Of a stretch of DNA of 64,000 nucleotides, positions 29,271 to 43,330 are shown in pieces. The notes below the pieces were generated by a model. That model did not search any database. It saw only the letters and a list, made by a program, of their open reading frames with translations, and was not told the DNA's origin. The position numbers and the translations under genes are program-made. Each line of letters starts with the position of its first letter. Positions within the stretch are counted from its first letter, which is position 1. The stretch is taken from assembly GCF_009914755.1 (NCBI RefSeq), contig NC_060936.1. One strand, given 5' to 3'. The stretch is from the human T2T-CHM13v2.0 reference genome, Homo sapiens.

Positions 29271-29466
29271 TCCCCTCTTGCTTTCTACCAAGGAAGAGCT
29301 CACTTATTCAAAATCAACTCATTTCATTTTTGAACTATTCTCGTGATTATCAAACTCATCTAAAACAGGATCAATGTCTTCCTTGGAGAAAGAGGATTCC
29401 TCTCTCCTTAGCACAAAAGACTAGAATTGAGAAAGGGATGTACATTGTTTTGCTGTGTGATCTCAG

Positions 29467-29742
29467 ACAAGTCCTTTATGACGAGGATGTGAAAGTTGTG
29501 CAGATTCCAGTTGACCCGGAGGATAAATGGCTGCCTGCTTGATGGTCTGCGGGAGATGCTTTGTGGTTTTGTTCGGCACCAGCAGGGCTGTGGACATCTG
29601 CCCAGCTTAGGCTAAGGAGGACCACCTGGCGTGGAACCTTTGCTCTTAAGCACATTGTGATCACAAATCAGAACTGACAAACGGGCTTAGAAATCCTTCT
29701 ACAAATTTTCCAAAACAGCCCAGCCCAGCGACTGAGCAGCAG
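29467..29742 (+). other. Candidate non-coding exon
   Basis: Weak-to-moderate acceptor TTGTTTTGCTGTGTGATCTCAG and donor CAG|GTAACC in non-repetitive sequence. Confidence 0.2.
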
Positions 29743-30754
29743 GTAACCAAGAAAAACAAAAGAGAAAAACAATAATCTCCTTATTCTGGAAAGTTCAAAT
29801 GTGGGCCAGAGCCTGTTCATACGATTTTAGGGCAATGAAGGGAATGGAAAAGTTCACGTTTTTTCTTAAAAGGCCCCCTAGTACCGTTGTTGGCTCCAGC
29901 AGGGGTCACATCCTGTTGCAGAATCAATGTGAAAATCACACCCAGCCCCCCTCAGCTTCCTAATCTCCAGATATTAGAGATGACGGATGGTAGCAGAGGG
30001 CTGGATTTCATCCATGGCTTCTGCAGGGCTGACAGCTATGCTTGGCTCTCTGCTTGGTGTCAGATGCTGGTGAAATTCAGGGTAGTGGAGGCTCTTAGTG
30101 GCCTCCCTGGATTGCAAAAGGGACTGGTTCTCTTTTGGGGGTTTGTCCTTAGCCCTGAAAATGGTTCCAGGCTCCGCTGGGATGCCTGAGTTTCCTAGAC
30201 CTCAGGGAGTAAGTGAACTGTCAGGGCTGTGAGTGTCCTAGTGGATTTCTTCAGAGTTTCCTGAATGTTGAGCTTTCCTACATTGCTCCAGACACCAGGC
30301 ACTGGGGTGTGGACTGTCTTCCAAGTTTATCCCCGCCCCTAATGCTCACAGGAGTCATCAAGGATTCAGTCTTCTCCTGAATCCCCCATATCCCCTGCAC
30401 CAGTAAACCTTGAACATTTTCTCTCCCCGATTTGCTCATTTCTCCATCTCTCCTGCTTCTACCAGAGTAGCAGAGAGACAAGGGCTGGGACTTGTATTCC
30501 ATCATGAAAACCCAACCATGAAATCAGGCTTCTTACCCACATGCGTCCCATGTAGGCAAAGCTATGATTTTGCACTAAAAAAGCAGCTTTGGCTGAGCTG
30601 GCAAGTGCTAGACTAAGACCCTCAGCATGAAGCTTGTTTACCGAGTTTCTCAGAACAAGATTTTGAAATGAACTTGCAAATTATTCTTTTTTGCCCAGGA
30701 GATCCCAACAAGTAGAAACATCCCCTTCTAGTCCTCTCCAGAAAGCCACTGCAG

Positions 30755-31425
<671 letters not shown>

Positions 31426-31592
31426 AGGCCTGGCCCCTTGGCTCCTCAAGCCTCATCCCCCACCATGCCCCCTTCACTGTGTGCTCGATCACTGGGGCGT
31501 GCTTCCTGATCTTCCACCACCCCAAACCTTTCCCGACTCCCTTGCTGACCCCTCTGCTGGAAGACTCTCTCCCTTCTTTGCATAGTTGGTCT

Positions 31593-32037
31593 TGGTATTG
31601 TTTCTTCGGCCGCTGCAACAAGTATCCCAAACAAAAGCAATCTCTTCTTTCACAGTTCTGGAGGCCAGAAGTCCGAACTCAAGCGTGTTTCCCTCTGGAG
31701 GCTCTGAGGAGGGTCTGCTCCAGGCCTCCCTTCTAGCTCCTGGGGGTTGCTGGCCACCCTTGGTGGCCCCTGGCTTGCAGATGACACCTCTGATCTCAGC
31801 CTCTGTCTTCATGTGGCCTGCTCCTTGTGGATCTTCCCATCATCTGTCCTCTGTATGCGCCTGTCTCTGCGTCTCTGTCCTCTTTGTATAAAGACACCAA
31901 TCATACGGGATTAGGGCCCACCTGAATGCCTTCATCTTACCTCGATCACGTCTGCAAAGACCTTGTTTCCAAATAAGGCTCCATTCACAGAGGCTACGAC
32001 TCAGTGTAGCTCCTTTGGGGACAGAGTTCCACCCATA
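31593..32037 (-). mobile_element. MLT1B/C solo LTR
   Basis: CACAGTTCTGGAGGCCAGAAGTCC...TCTGCAAAGACCTTGTTTCCAAATAAGG. Confidence 0.85.
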
Positions 32038-32112
32038 GCTGTCTGTTCTTATCGTGCATGTCTCGGCTCTAATGTTATCTCCTCGGAGATGCTTTCCTTG
32101 ATGATGCCATGG

Positions 32113-32329
32113 CAGGTCTTCTCAGCCTCCACACGGGGGACGTTTGAGGCTCCATCATTCTTTGTGGTGGGGCTGTCTTGGGTGTCGTAGGCTGTTTAGA
32201 AGCATCCCTGGCCTCTAACCACCAGATGCTGGCAGCATGCATTTCTCCTCCAGCACCCCCAACACACACAACCAGAAATATCCCCCTGGCTGGGAGGGGG
32301 CACAATCACCCTAGATGAGACTCAACTGC
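32113..32329. mobile_element. MER20
   Basis: TTCTTTGTGGTGGGGCTGTCTTG...AGCATCCCTGGCCTCTAACCACCAGATGC. Confidence 0.8.
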
Positions 32330-32478
32330 TGCTCAATGAAATGTGATGTTTCCCAGACCTTTTCTTTTTATTCTCCCTCTTTTTTCCTTCCTTTTTTCCT
32401 TTTCTTTTTTGTAGCACTCAGTACAATCAGTAATTTTCTTGTTTAATTATGTCTTCTGTTTATCATCGGTGGAGGTTT

Positions 32479-32750
32479 TTTGTTTTATATTTTGTAGAGG
32501 TGGGGTCTTGCTATGTTGCCCAGGCTGATCTCAAACTCCTGGCCTCAAGCGATTTTCCTGCCTTGGCCTCCCAAAGCGCTGGGATTCCAGGTGGAAGCCA
32601 TCATGCCTACCTAATTTTTGTATCTTTACTGGTAGAAACAAGGTTTGGCCATGTTGCCCAGACTGGTCTTGAACTTCTGGCCTCAAGCGATCCTCCTACC
32701 TCGGCCTCTCAAAGTGCTGGGATTCCAGGCAGAAGCCACGGTGCCCAGCC
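32479..32750 (-). mobile_element. Atypical Alu dimer made of two left (FLAM-type) monomers
   Basis: Both halves read GTTGCCCAGRCTG..TCTYRAACTYCTGGCCTCAAGCGAT...GCTGGGATTCCAGG; perfect TSD CATCGGTGGAGGTTT (32464-32478, 32751-32765). Confidence 0.85.
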
Positions 32751-33959
32751 CATCGGTGGAGGTTTGAAATGCGGCTGCATGTCCATGTCCTTTGACAGTC
32801 GTTTTCTCTTTCCATTGCCCTCCCTTCAGACCCTTAGGCCCTCTCTGTCCTCTCAATACATGTGGGAGGAGGAATGAGAGCAGGCAGCCGGGAGACCCAA
32901 ATCAAGGCTCAGTCCTTTCTTTGCCTCCTTAACCCCCAGTGGTCCTCCTGCTTGAGTGAGCCTCAGAATCCCAGGGGAGCTGATGGGAACAGACCGCCGG
33001 GCCCCACCTCTGCCTTTCTCCCTCAGCGGGTCCGGGTTCCCATTGAGAAGCCACATTCCTGTCGATTCCCGGGGGATACTGTTGATCCAGGGACCGCACC
33101 CTGAGAACTATGATTCTGCTTCAATTCATAAGCACCAATGGTTTACATTCTGGGCTATTCCTAAGTCCTGCCTGCTTTTTTTTTTTTTTTTTTTGGTGTG
33201 TGTGGCATTTTTCAGATAGAAGAAAAGCAGCCCCGAGAGTATAATGGAGTTGCTGGTGCAAATCCCTTCCCCAGGGCTGAGAATTGAGAAGCTGCAGCAC
33301 AGGGGCAGCCCGGTGGCCTGGTGTGCCAGGGGAATGCCACCCACAGCTCACCTCCTCGGAGCGATGCCCCACCGGCAGCCTGAGTGGCCTTTTCTTGCAA
33401 AGGCTCGTTAGAGGACACAGTGACAGGTCTTGCCCGCACCCCAGCTCTGGAAACAGCCAGCGAACGTACATAGCCGTGGGAGGCTGTAATAGGTCCCGTT
33501 AATTATGCTGCCATTTGAAGGAACGTAATCGTCCTTGCAAAGTGGAAAAATGACGGGTTACCAGAGGCTGTCAGAGGCGGCTCGGGTGAGCTGTCAGCCC
33601 ATGCACAAGTGACTTTTTAATTGAAATCGGTTTCTGTTCTGCTTCGCTGGGTCCCTGCTCTCTTTTAGAAGGCTCACATCCTTCGGCGAGGACAGACACA
33701 GACACCACCCAGGGAGGCGGTGTCAGGAATAAAGTGAGCTTGTCTCAGCCCACAAACAGCCGCGAATGTCAGGGCATGGGAGAATAATTAGCTATTCCAG
33801 GAGATAGATTTGTTTTCATTTCTAACCCCAAAGCTAATTGTAAGAAATGAAATCTGTGTTTGTTTTTCTTTAGGTATGTTTGAATTTACAAGTCTTAAGT
33901 CTTTGGGAACTAGGTCAACTAGACCTTGCATATGCTTACACCCTGGATGAATAAAGTCT

Positions 33960-34830
<871 letters not shown>

Positions 34831-34989
34831 AGGCTGTGCTATTTTAGCTATTTTCATTGCTAAATAAAAGGGCCCATTCTGGCTTGCTCAAATATTGGGA
34901 GTATTGCAAGGCTGTAATACACGCTTAATGCCTTCCACACGCTTTTCATCAGAATTAGAATGAACCCTACACAATCGGGCCCTGTCTGA

Positions 34990-35360
34990 GGGCAGTTCAT
35001 GCCTCAGAGCCTTTGCACTCGCTGTTTCCCCCACAGAACACTGTTCCCTCAATTTTTACATGCTAGGCTCATTCATTAAATCTGTGCCCAAATGTCTCTT
35101 CTTAGAGAGGCCTTTACTGACCACCTAATGAATACAGCCTTCTCACCCACAAGCCACTCTCTATCATATCACTCTTTCATTTTGCCTTAATTGCAGTCGT
35201 CACTCTGAAATCATCTTATTTTCTGTTGCCTCTCCTCATGAGAACAGGGATCATACCTGTCTTATTCACTCATGAACTCCCAGTGCCTTAAGCAGTGCCA
35301 GGCAGTTAGAACATGCCTCAAAATTATGTGTTGGATGAACAAATAAATAAATATACAATG
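34990..35360 (+). mobile_element. L2 3' portion
   Basis: CCTCAGAGCCTTTGCACTCGCTGTTTCC...CATGAGAACAGGGA...CAGTGCCTTAAGCAGTGCCAGGCA. Confidence 0.75.
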
Positions 35361-36458
35361 AATATTTGGCAGTCACCCAATGCCAAGAAGCCAGCCCTGG
35401 TCAGAACCCTCATGTACAGTTGTAGATGTTGTACACTGCACAGCTGCAGGTGCTGTCAGTTATGTGGTTTTCCCCCTCCCCAAAATGTACACTGCACACC
35501 CTCCCCAGCTAAATGCAGCAACCCTGGACATAACGTCTCTCAGAGGAAGGAACTAGGAAGCCCTAACTCTCAAGAAGGTACGAAGACTTCAGCGGACATG
35601 AGGACACTTTTCTCCAGGGCAGGCACTAGTGGGACTCAGCTACTCTCTGCTTCTATATCTCTGGGTGTCTTCTTGCGTATTCTCTTGCTATCATTCAGAC
35701 ATCCTGAGCTCTATGCAGAGTGTCTTGGTCATAGCTTTGACTTGCCCCTGGCTTCCCCATATTCATGTTTCCTCTCCACCTCAGGTCTTTCTGATCTTAT
35801 TGCCAACCACCTGATCCCCTCTGCATTCCTAATTCAAAGAAGGAAAATCTTATTGGTCTTGCTTATCCTGTTTGGGCAGAGTCTTCATTCTAAGCTTCCT
35901 CACTGATTGCCAGCCAGCCAATGGATTGGCTGCTGACATTGAGTTGCCCCCTCTGTCCAATCAGCTTCACCTATGAGGCAAGAGGCCTCTGGTTCAAAGT
36001 TGGGGCTGTACCTTGGATATGGGCTGATGGTGGGGCAGCCTGTCTTCTCCTTGAATCATGGGGCAACACATTGACTTAGCCAGGCTCAACTTCCCCTCTC
36101 TAAGGCGAGCCAGGTATAGGCCACAGACAGACAATAGATCTGTGTGTCTGAAAACCAAGTGGACAAGGGGCAGGGCTTCTATTTCACTGTGAAAACCAAA
36201 CCAGGAAATCAAGCTTCTTACACACTTCATACACAGGCAGAGCTATGAATTTTCACAGAAAAGCAGCTTTGGCTATATTAACAAATCCTAGATTTAGATG
36301 GTCAGCATCAAGCCCATGGGATATTTGTTTGCAGGTTTTCTCTGAAGAAGATTTTGGGGAATGAAGCTGCAATTTATTCTCCTCTGACAAGGAGGCCCCA
36401 ACAAAGGAAGCTCCTAACTTCTGATCCTCTTGCTAGCAAGGAGGCTGCTTTCCCCTGA

Positions 36459-36927
<469 letters not shown>

Positions 36928-37179
36928 TAAAGTGGCATTTTAAAACCAGGCCCCGTGGCCAGTGGCTCACTCTAAAGGGTGAGATCCTTCCCTCTGAGTC
37001 CCCATTTTAAACTTGAGAAAAGGGAAGAGCAGAGGAGTTAAGTGGCTTGACTAGGGTCACTCAGCACCGAGCGGAGGGGCCCAGTCTTCCGCCTCTGAGT
37101 CTAGAATCCTTTCCGTGGCGCCACATTGTCTTCCCGGTAACTGCTAGCTGTGGATGCTCATCTTCACTGGCATCCCTAC

Positions 37180-37549
37180 TGATACGGTTTGGCTCTGTGT
37201 CCTCATCCAAATCTCATCTTGAATTGCAATCCCCACATGTTGAGGTAAGGACCTGGTGGGAGGTGACTGGATCATGGGGACAGTTCCCCCATGCTGTTCC
37301 CGTGATAGTGAGAGAGTTCTCACGAGCTCTGATGGTTTTATACACGGTAGTTTCCTTGCATTTTTGCTCTCTTTCCTGCCACCTTGTGAAGAAGGTACTT
37401 GCGTCTCCTTTGCCTTCCACCATCATTGTAAGTTTCCTGAGGCCCGCCCGCCCGGCCATGCAGAACTGTGAGTCAATTACACCTCTTTCCATTATAAATT
37501 GCCCAGTCTTGAGTATTTCTTTAGAGCAGTGTGAAAACGGACTAATACA
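37180..37549 (+). mobile_element. MSTA/THE1-type MaLR solo LTR
   Basis: TG...CA ends (TGATACGGTTTGG...GACTAATACA) with 5-bp TSD CCTAC. Confidence 0.92.
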
Positions 37550-37654
37550 CCTACAATGCCTAGTGTTGGCTTCCAGATGGAGATGGTCACAGCTGGCTGA
37601 GATGAAATCTCTCAGGCTGTTGCCTCCCAAGCATTTCAGTTTTAGCACCCTCTC

Positions 37655-38010
37655 ACTCACCTCAGGGCCTCTGCACTTGCTGCTCCTGCCTGGAGCCCTT
37701 GTCTTCCAGATGGTCTCATGGCTCACTCCCTTCCTTTATCTATTTGCCTCGTTAAAGGATCCTTCTCCAAGCTCCTATCCTGGTGTTTTTCCTAACTGGG
37801 GCATACCTCTGCCTGTCAGCAGCCACTGCTACCTGCCATCCAAATGTCTGTCTGTTTGTTTGTTTATTATCTGTCTGTCCACTGGAACATCAGCTCCCTG
37901 AGGGTAGCAGGGACATTATTTTATTCTCTCCTGTGTCCGCAGCACCTTGAGCAGTGCCTGGCATAGAGTAGAGAAGTTAGTAACTATTTATTGAATGAAT
38001 GGATGCCTAA
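37655..38010 (+). mobile_element. L2 3' portion
   Basis: CCTCAGGGCCTCTGCACTTGCTGCTCC...GCAGTGCCTGGCATAGAGTAG...TTGAATGAATGG. Confidence 0.75.
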
Positions 38011-38087
38011 TCAATATTGATTTCTTTGTTTGGACTTTCTGTTGGAGTGAAGAGAAGGGACCCTGTGGGCTCATCCAATGCTATGTA

Positions 38088-38195
38088 GGGTAACTAACTT
38101 GTCCTAGTTTGCCAAGACTTTTCCCAGTCTTAGCATTGAAAGTCCTATGTCCTGTGAACTCCTCAATGCCCAGCAAACTGAAGGTTGGTCACCTT
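38088..38195. mobile_element. MER81/MER94-like hAT-Blackjack MITE
   Basis: AGGGTAACTAAC...GTTGGTCACCTT terminal inverted repeats. Confidence 0.65.
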
Positions 38196-38234
38196 AGGGC
38201 TATGATTTTATGAGCGCTGTCATCCATGCTGTTA

Positions 38235-38430
38235 AGGATAGCAGCTCACCGTTACTGGGTGCCAGATGTTGCTCTAAGCATGTTATAGGAACGACTTCCT
38301 TGAATCATCGTGGTGGTCCCATTTAACAGGTGTGAAAACTGAGGCACAAAGAGTGAGGCAGTGGGTAGAGGCGGGTTTTGAATCCATGCAATTCACCTCC
38401 CCAGTCCAGGCAGTTTGCTCCACTGGCAGC
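38235..38430 (-). mobile_element. MIR
   Basis: CCCATTTAACAGGTGTGAAAACTGAGGCACAAAGAG. Confidence 0.7.
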
Positions 38431-39214
38431 CAGCCTCTTGATCAGATGGGAAAGCCCTTCCAGCACCCAAAGCTCTAAAGTCTGTGTTCCACCCCTGCTG
38501 GCCACAGAGAGCTAGCCCCAGAAGGACCACCCTGTCAGCTCAGAGTCCCTGAGTCCACACAGCTGCCACTAAGATGCCCATGAGCTCATGCCTATTTTGT
38601 TTTCATCACCCTAGCTCCAAATGAAATTGGTAAAAACAAACAAACAAACAAACAAACTGTGTATAACTAACTAACTAACTAAAGTGGGCAAAGGAACAGA
38701 AAGTGACAAGAGACATAAATAACCCTGTGAAATGGGGAACTCGGTGAGCCAGAGAGAAGATCAAATATTGGCCATAAGATCAAATATTGGCTGTAAATGC
38801 CAGGGACACGTTTACAAGCTGAGAACGAGCCTGCCCTCCCCTCGCCCACGGCGGCTCCCATGCTCCCATTAGAATGGGAATATGGCAGGGTGCCTGCCCA
38901 GGAGCTCGCCTGGCCCACAGGGTGGGCTGCCCCCGGGAGAGAACAGCTGCCCAGGGCTGGAAACCAGGGGAAGGGATGGAGAGGGAGGGATGGCCCTACG
39001 TGTGTTTTAATCAGAGACACATCTTATTCACCATGTTCCTTTTTATACGTGTTGAAGTCTGAGCCATGTGAGCCTGCTTGAAAAATAAATTTAGGATCAA
39101 ACAAGAAAAACATCTCTAGGCACCTTCCTGACCTTCCCACACAAAGGAAGTAATCTTGTCCTCCTTCAAATTTCCAAGTCCTTCGATTTTTTATTGTGGG
39201 TGTTTAATAATCAT

Positions 39215-40379
<1,165 letters not shown>

Positions 40380-40483
40380 TTAAAAAGACAGTGCAAAATG
40401 AGAGCCACAGAGCATCGTGGTGGCCCAGTGCTGCCTGTGACTTGGTTTGGGGCCGATGTCTTCCTGCCTCCTCTCATTTACAG

Positions 40484-40569
40484 ACAGCGCATCTGCACCA
40501 TCTTCAGGCCTCCGGGTGAGAGATTCCGTGTCTCCCTGCAAAATCCAGCAGCAATTCTACCACAAGCAG
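40484..40569 (+). other. Candidate 86-nt internal exon (probably lncRNA)
   Basis: Strong acceptor TCTTCCTGCCTCCTCTCATTTACAG and consensus donor CAG|GTGAGT in unique sequence. Confidence 0.4.
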
Positions 40570-41611
40570 GTGAGTGTGACAGGCCCGAAAGGTGCGCATG
40601 CCCTTGCAGAGGCTCAGATGTCCCGACCTTGGACAACGGCACTGGTTTGGCTGCCCAGCTCGAGCTTGCCTGCCTGTGAGGTCGCCCCACAGCCCGGGTA
40701 ATGACATTCCAGCGTGAAGCCACAGGCTGCTTTCTCTGCCCCTATCCAGCGGTGGCCAGCCCCAGAGCCAAGGACAAAGCCATTTTTAGAAGAATGACTG
40801 AGAAACATTTTGGCGGCTTCTCCAGGTCTGCCAGGACCTGCAACGTACCTCAGGGTCAAACTGGAAGGTATTTGCAGTTCATAAAACGGACACGAGGCAT
40901 CTTATTACCAATGTTATTCTTGGATGGAAATTATATTTCAGAGACACTGGAGACCCAGGTATAGAATCCCTGGTTCACAGACCTTCTCCCAGCTAGTGTG
41001 CGATGAGCATGCTGCAGGATCGTTAATTGAATGGTGAACAGGACCAGGGTTTCCCAGGGGGCTCACAAATGAGCTCAAAGAGATGCTTTGCGGGGTTTGC
41101 CATGGCTTGGGTGTGAGGAGCCACCTGTGAGTCTTGGTTGGAGTGGTCTGTCTAAGCTCACATCCAAAGAATGCACAGAACTTTCCAGGTGATGCAGGAC
41201 AGAACAGGCATCCCTAACAGAAAATGGCATGTGCAAAGGCCCTGCAGCAGGAGCATGCAGGAAAGAAGGCAAGGTTGTCTGGGCCCAGAAAGGGACAGGA
41301 GTGTGGAGAGGTGGGTAGGGGCCAGACCCCACAGGCCCTTGCAGCCACGTTGAAAAGTTTTGCTTTATTCTAAAGCCAACAGGAAATCATCAAAAGGGGT
41401 TAAGGGAGACTGGAGCTGGGGGTGGGAGGGCATTCACTTTATTGAACCCACTTTTGGAAAGATCACTCTGCCTAAGTTTCTTTAAAGCCACCCTGGGCTG
41501 GCGGAAAGAAAGATGTATGGGACATGGCTTGTCCTGCAAGAAGTTTACAATTGAGATGGAGACATGGAAATAAACTGTCTGGAGAAACACGTGATGAGGC
41601 AAATGAATGAC

Positions 41612-41913
41612 CTAGAATAGCACTGTCCACTGGAAATAAAATCTAGACCAGCACCCTCCTCTAGAAATACAATCTAGAACAGCACCCTCCTCTAGAAATA
41701 CAATCTAGACCAGCATCCTCTAGAAATACAATCTAGACCAGCACCCTCCTCTAGAAATAAAACCTAGGCCAGCACAATCCTCTAGAAATAAAATCTAGAC
41801 CAGCACCGTCCACTGGAAATAAAGTCTACACCAGCACTGTCCACTGGAAATAAAATCTAGACCAGCACCGTCCTCTGGAAATAAAATCTTGACCAGCACC
41901 GTCCACTAGAAAT
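41612..41913. repeat. 31-bp minisatellite, ~10 copies (CTAGACCAGCACCGTCCACTGGAAATAAAAT)
   Basis: Directly visible tandem units; the last unit runs into the MER33 body. Confidence 0.95.
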
Positions 41914-42326
41914 GTGAGCCACAAATGCAAGCTACAGATATAATTTTAAATTTCCTAGTAGCCACATGTTTTAAAAAGAAACAGATTTCCTGTACTGGGA
42001 TTCTTCTGAAGACAGAGTGGCTCTAATCACTAGGAGAAGCTCTACCCCACCAAGAAAAAAAACGAAAACAAAAAAACAACAAAAAAACAGAAACAGGTAA
42101 AATTAATTTTAACCAAAATTTTATTTAACCCAATATATTTAACACGTTTTCAACATGTAATCAGTGTAGAATGTTATTTATGAGCTTGTTTCACAATCTC
42201 TCCGTATTTTACATCTTTGAAATCCAGGGTGTGTTTGATGCTTCCGGCACATCTCAACCTGGACTAGCCCTGTTTTTCGTGCACAGCAGCCTCGGGAGTT
42301 TAGGGGCTGTCAAACTGGACGACCTG
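41894..42326 (+). mobile_element. MER33, interrupted by a short retro-insertion
   Basis: GAGCCACAAATGCAAG...TAATTTTAAATTTCCTAGTAGCCACAT...TTTATTTAACCCAATAT...GCACATCTCAA. Confidence 0.85.
41985..42084 (+). pseudogene. Short A-tailed retroposed sequence of unknown origin
   Basis: 67-bp body plus ~33-bp A-rich tail between TSD-like AAAAAGAAACAG/AAACAGAAACAG at a TT|AAAA site. Confidence 0.6.
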
Positions 42327-42574
42327 GGTCTCGGCGATAGGTGCTAGAGGCTGTGGCTTGAGCTAAGACTTTTAGGCAGGAAGGACGGGAAGAAGGCAGA
42401 AAAGATATTTCCAAATGGGAGTGGGATAGAGAAAAATCCAAAGTCAAGTAACACACGCCAAGTGGTCACATACAAGAGCATTCATGACTCCGTGGTGGGT
42501 GACAACCAGAAGTGAGAAACACCTGCGTGTGATGAACAGAGGCCTGAGCGCCTGGTGTAGTGGATCAGTCCAAA

Positions 42575-43330
42575 GGAACAGTAACCCTCACACCCACGAG
42601 GATGGCCAGAATCAAAAAAGCAGAGAATAACCAGTGCTGGCGAGGAGGTGGAGACATCGAAGCCCACATACATTGCCGCTGGGAGTGTAGGATGGTGCAG
42701 CTGCTGCAGAAAACAGCCCAGAGCTTCCTCAATCAGTTAAACACGGAATTACCCTAGGACCCAGAAATTCCACTTGGGTCTATATCTGGAAGAATGGAAG
42801 ACAGTGTTCTCACCAGAATGTGTGCACGAATGTTCACAGTGGCACTATTCACAGTAGCCGAAAGGTGGAGACCACCGAAATGTCCTTCCCCAGATGAATG
42901 GGCGGACAAAATGTGGTGCATGCTTGCGTGTGTGCATGTGTGTGTGTACACTGGGATATGATTCAGCCATAAAGAGGAATGAGCTCCAACCCATGCTACC
43001 ATGTGGATGAACCTTGAAAATATGACGCTGAGTGAATGAAGCCAGACACACAAGGTTGTGTGGTGTGTAATTCCATTTATACCAAATATCCAAAATGTGG
43101 CTACAGCCAGAATGTCGATAGATCTATAGAGACAGAAAGCAGATGGAGGTTCGCCAGAGGCTGGGGGAAGGGAAGGAATGAGGAGTAATTACTTAGTGGG
43201 TAGGAGGTTTCCTTTGGGGGTGATGAGAACATTCTGGAACTAGATAGAGGTGACTGCACCACTGTGATTGTCCCAGATGCCCCAATGGAAAAGTGTATTT
43301 AGTCTATCTTGCCACATAGAAATAAATTTT
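42575..43330 (+). mobile_element. L1MB-type 3' fragment
   Basis: ORF2 C-terminal remnant (TLTPTRMARIKKAENNQCWRG) and 3' UTR ATGGATGAACCTTGAAAATATGACGCTGAGTGAA. Confidence 0.85.

Noticed and set aside
29871-29910. CTCF-like motifs (also ~38490)
   Set aside because: Mismatches at core positions; not supportable from sequence alone.
37047-37901. 284-aa ORF
   Set aside because: Runs across MIR, MST LTR and L2 fragments; chance open frame.
41612-41913. Regular 31-bp repeats resembling a CRISPR array
   Set aside because: No unique spacers and no cas genes; eukaryotic minisatellite derived from MER33.
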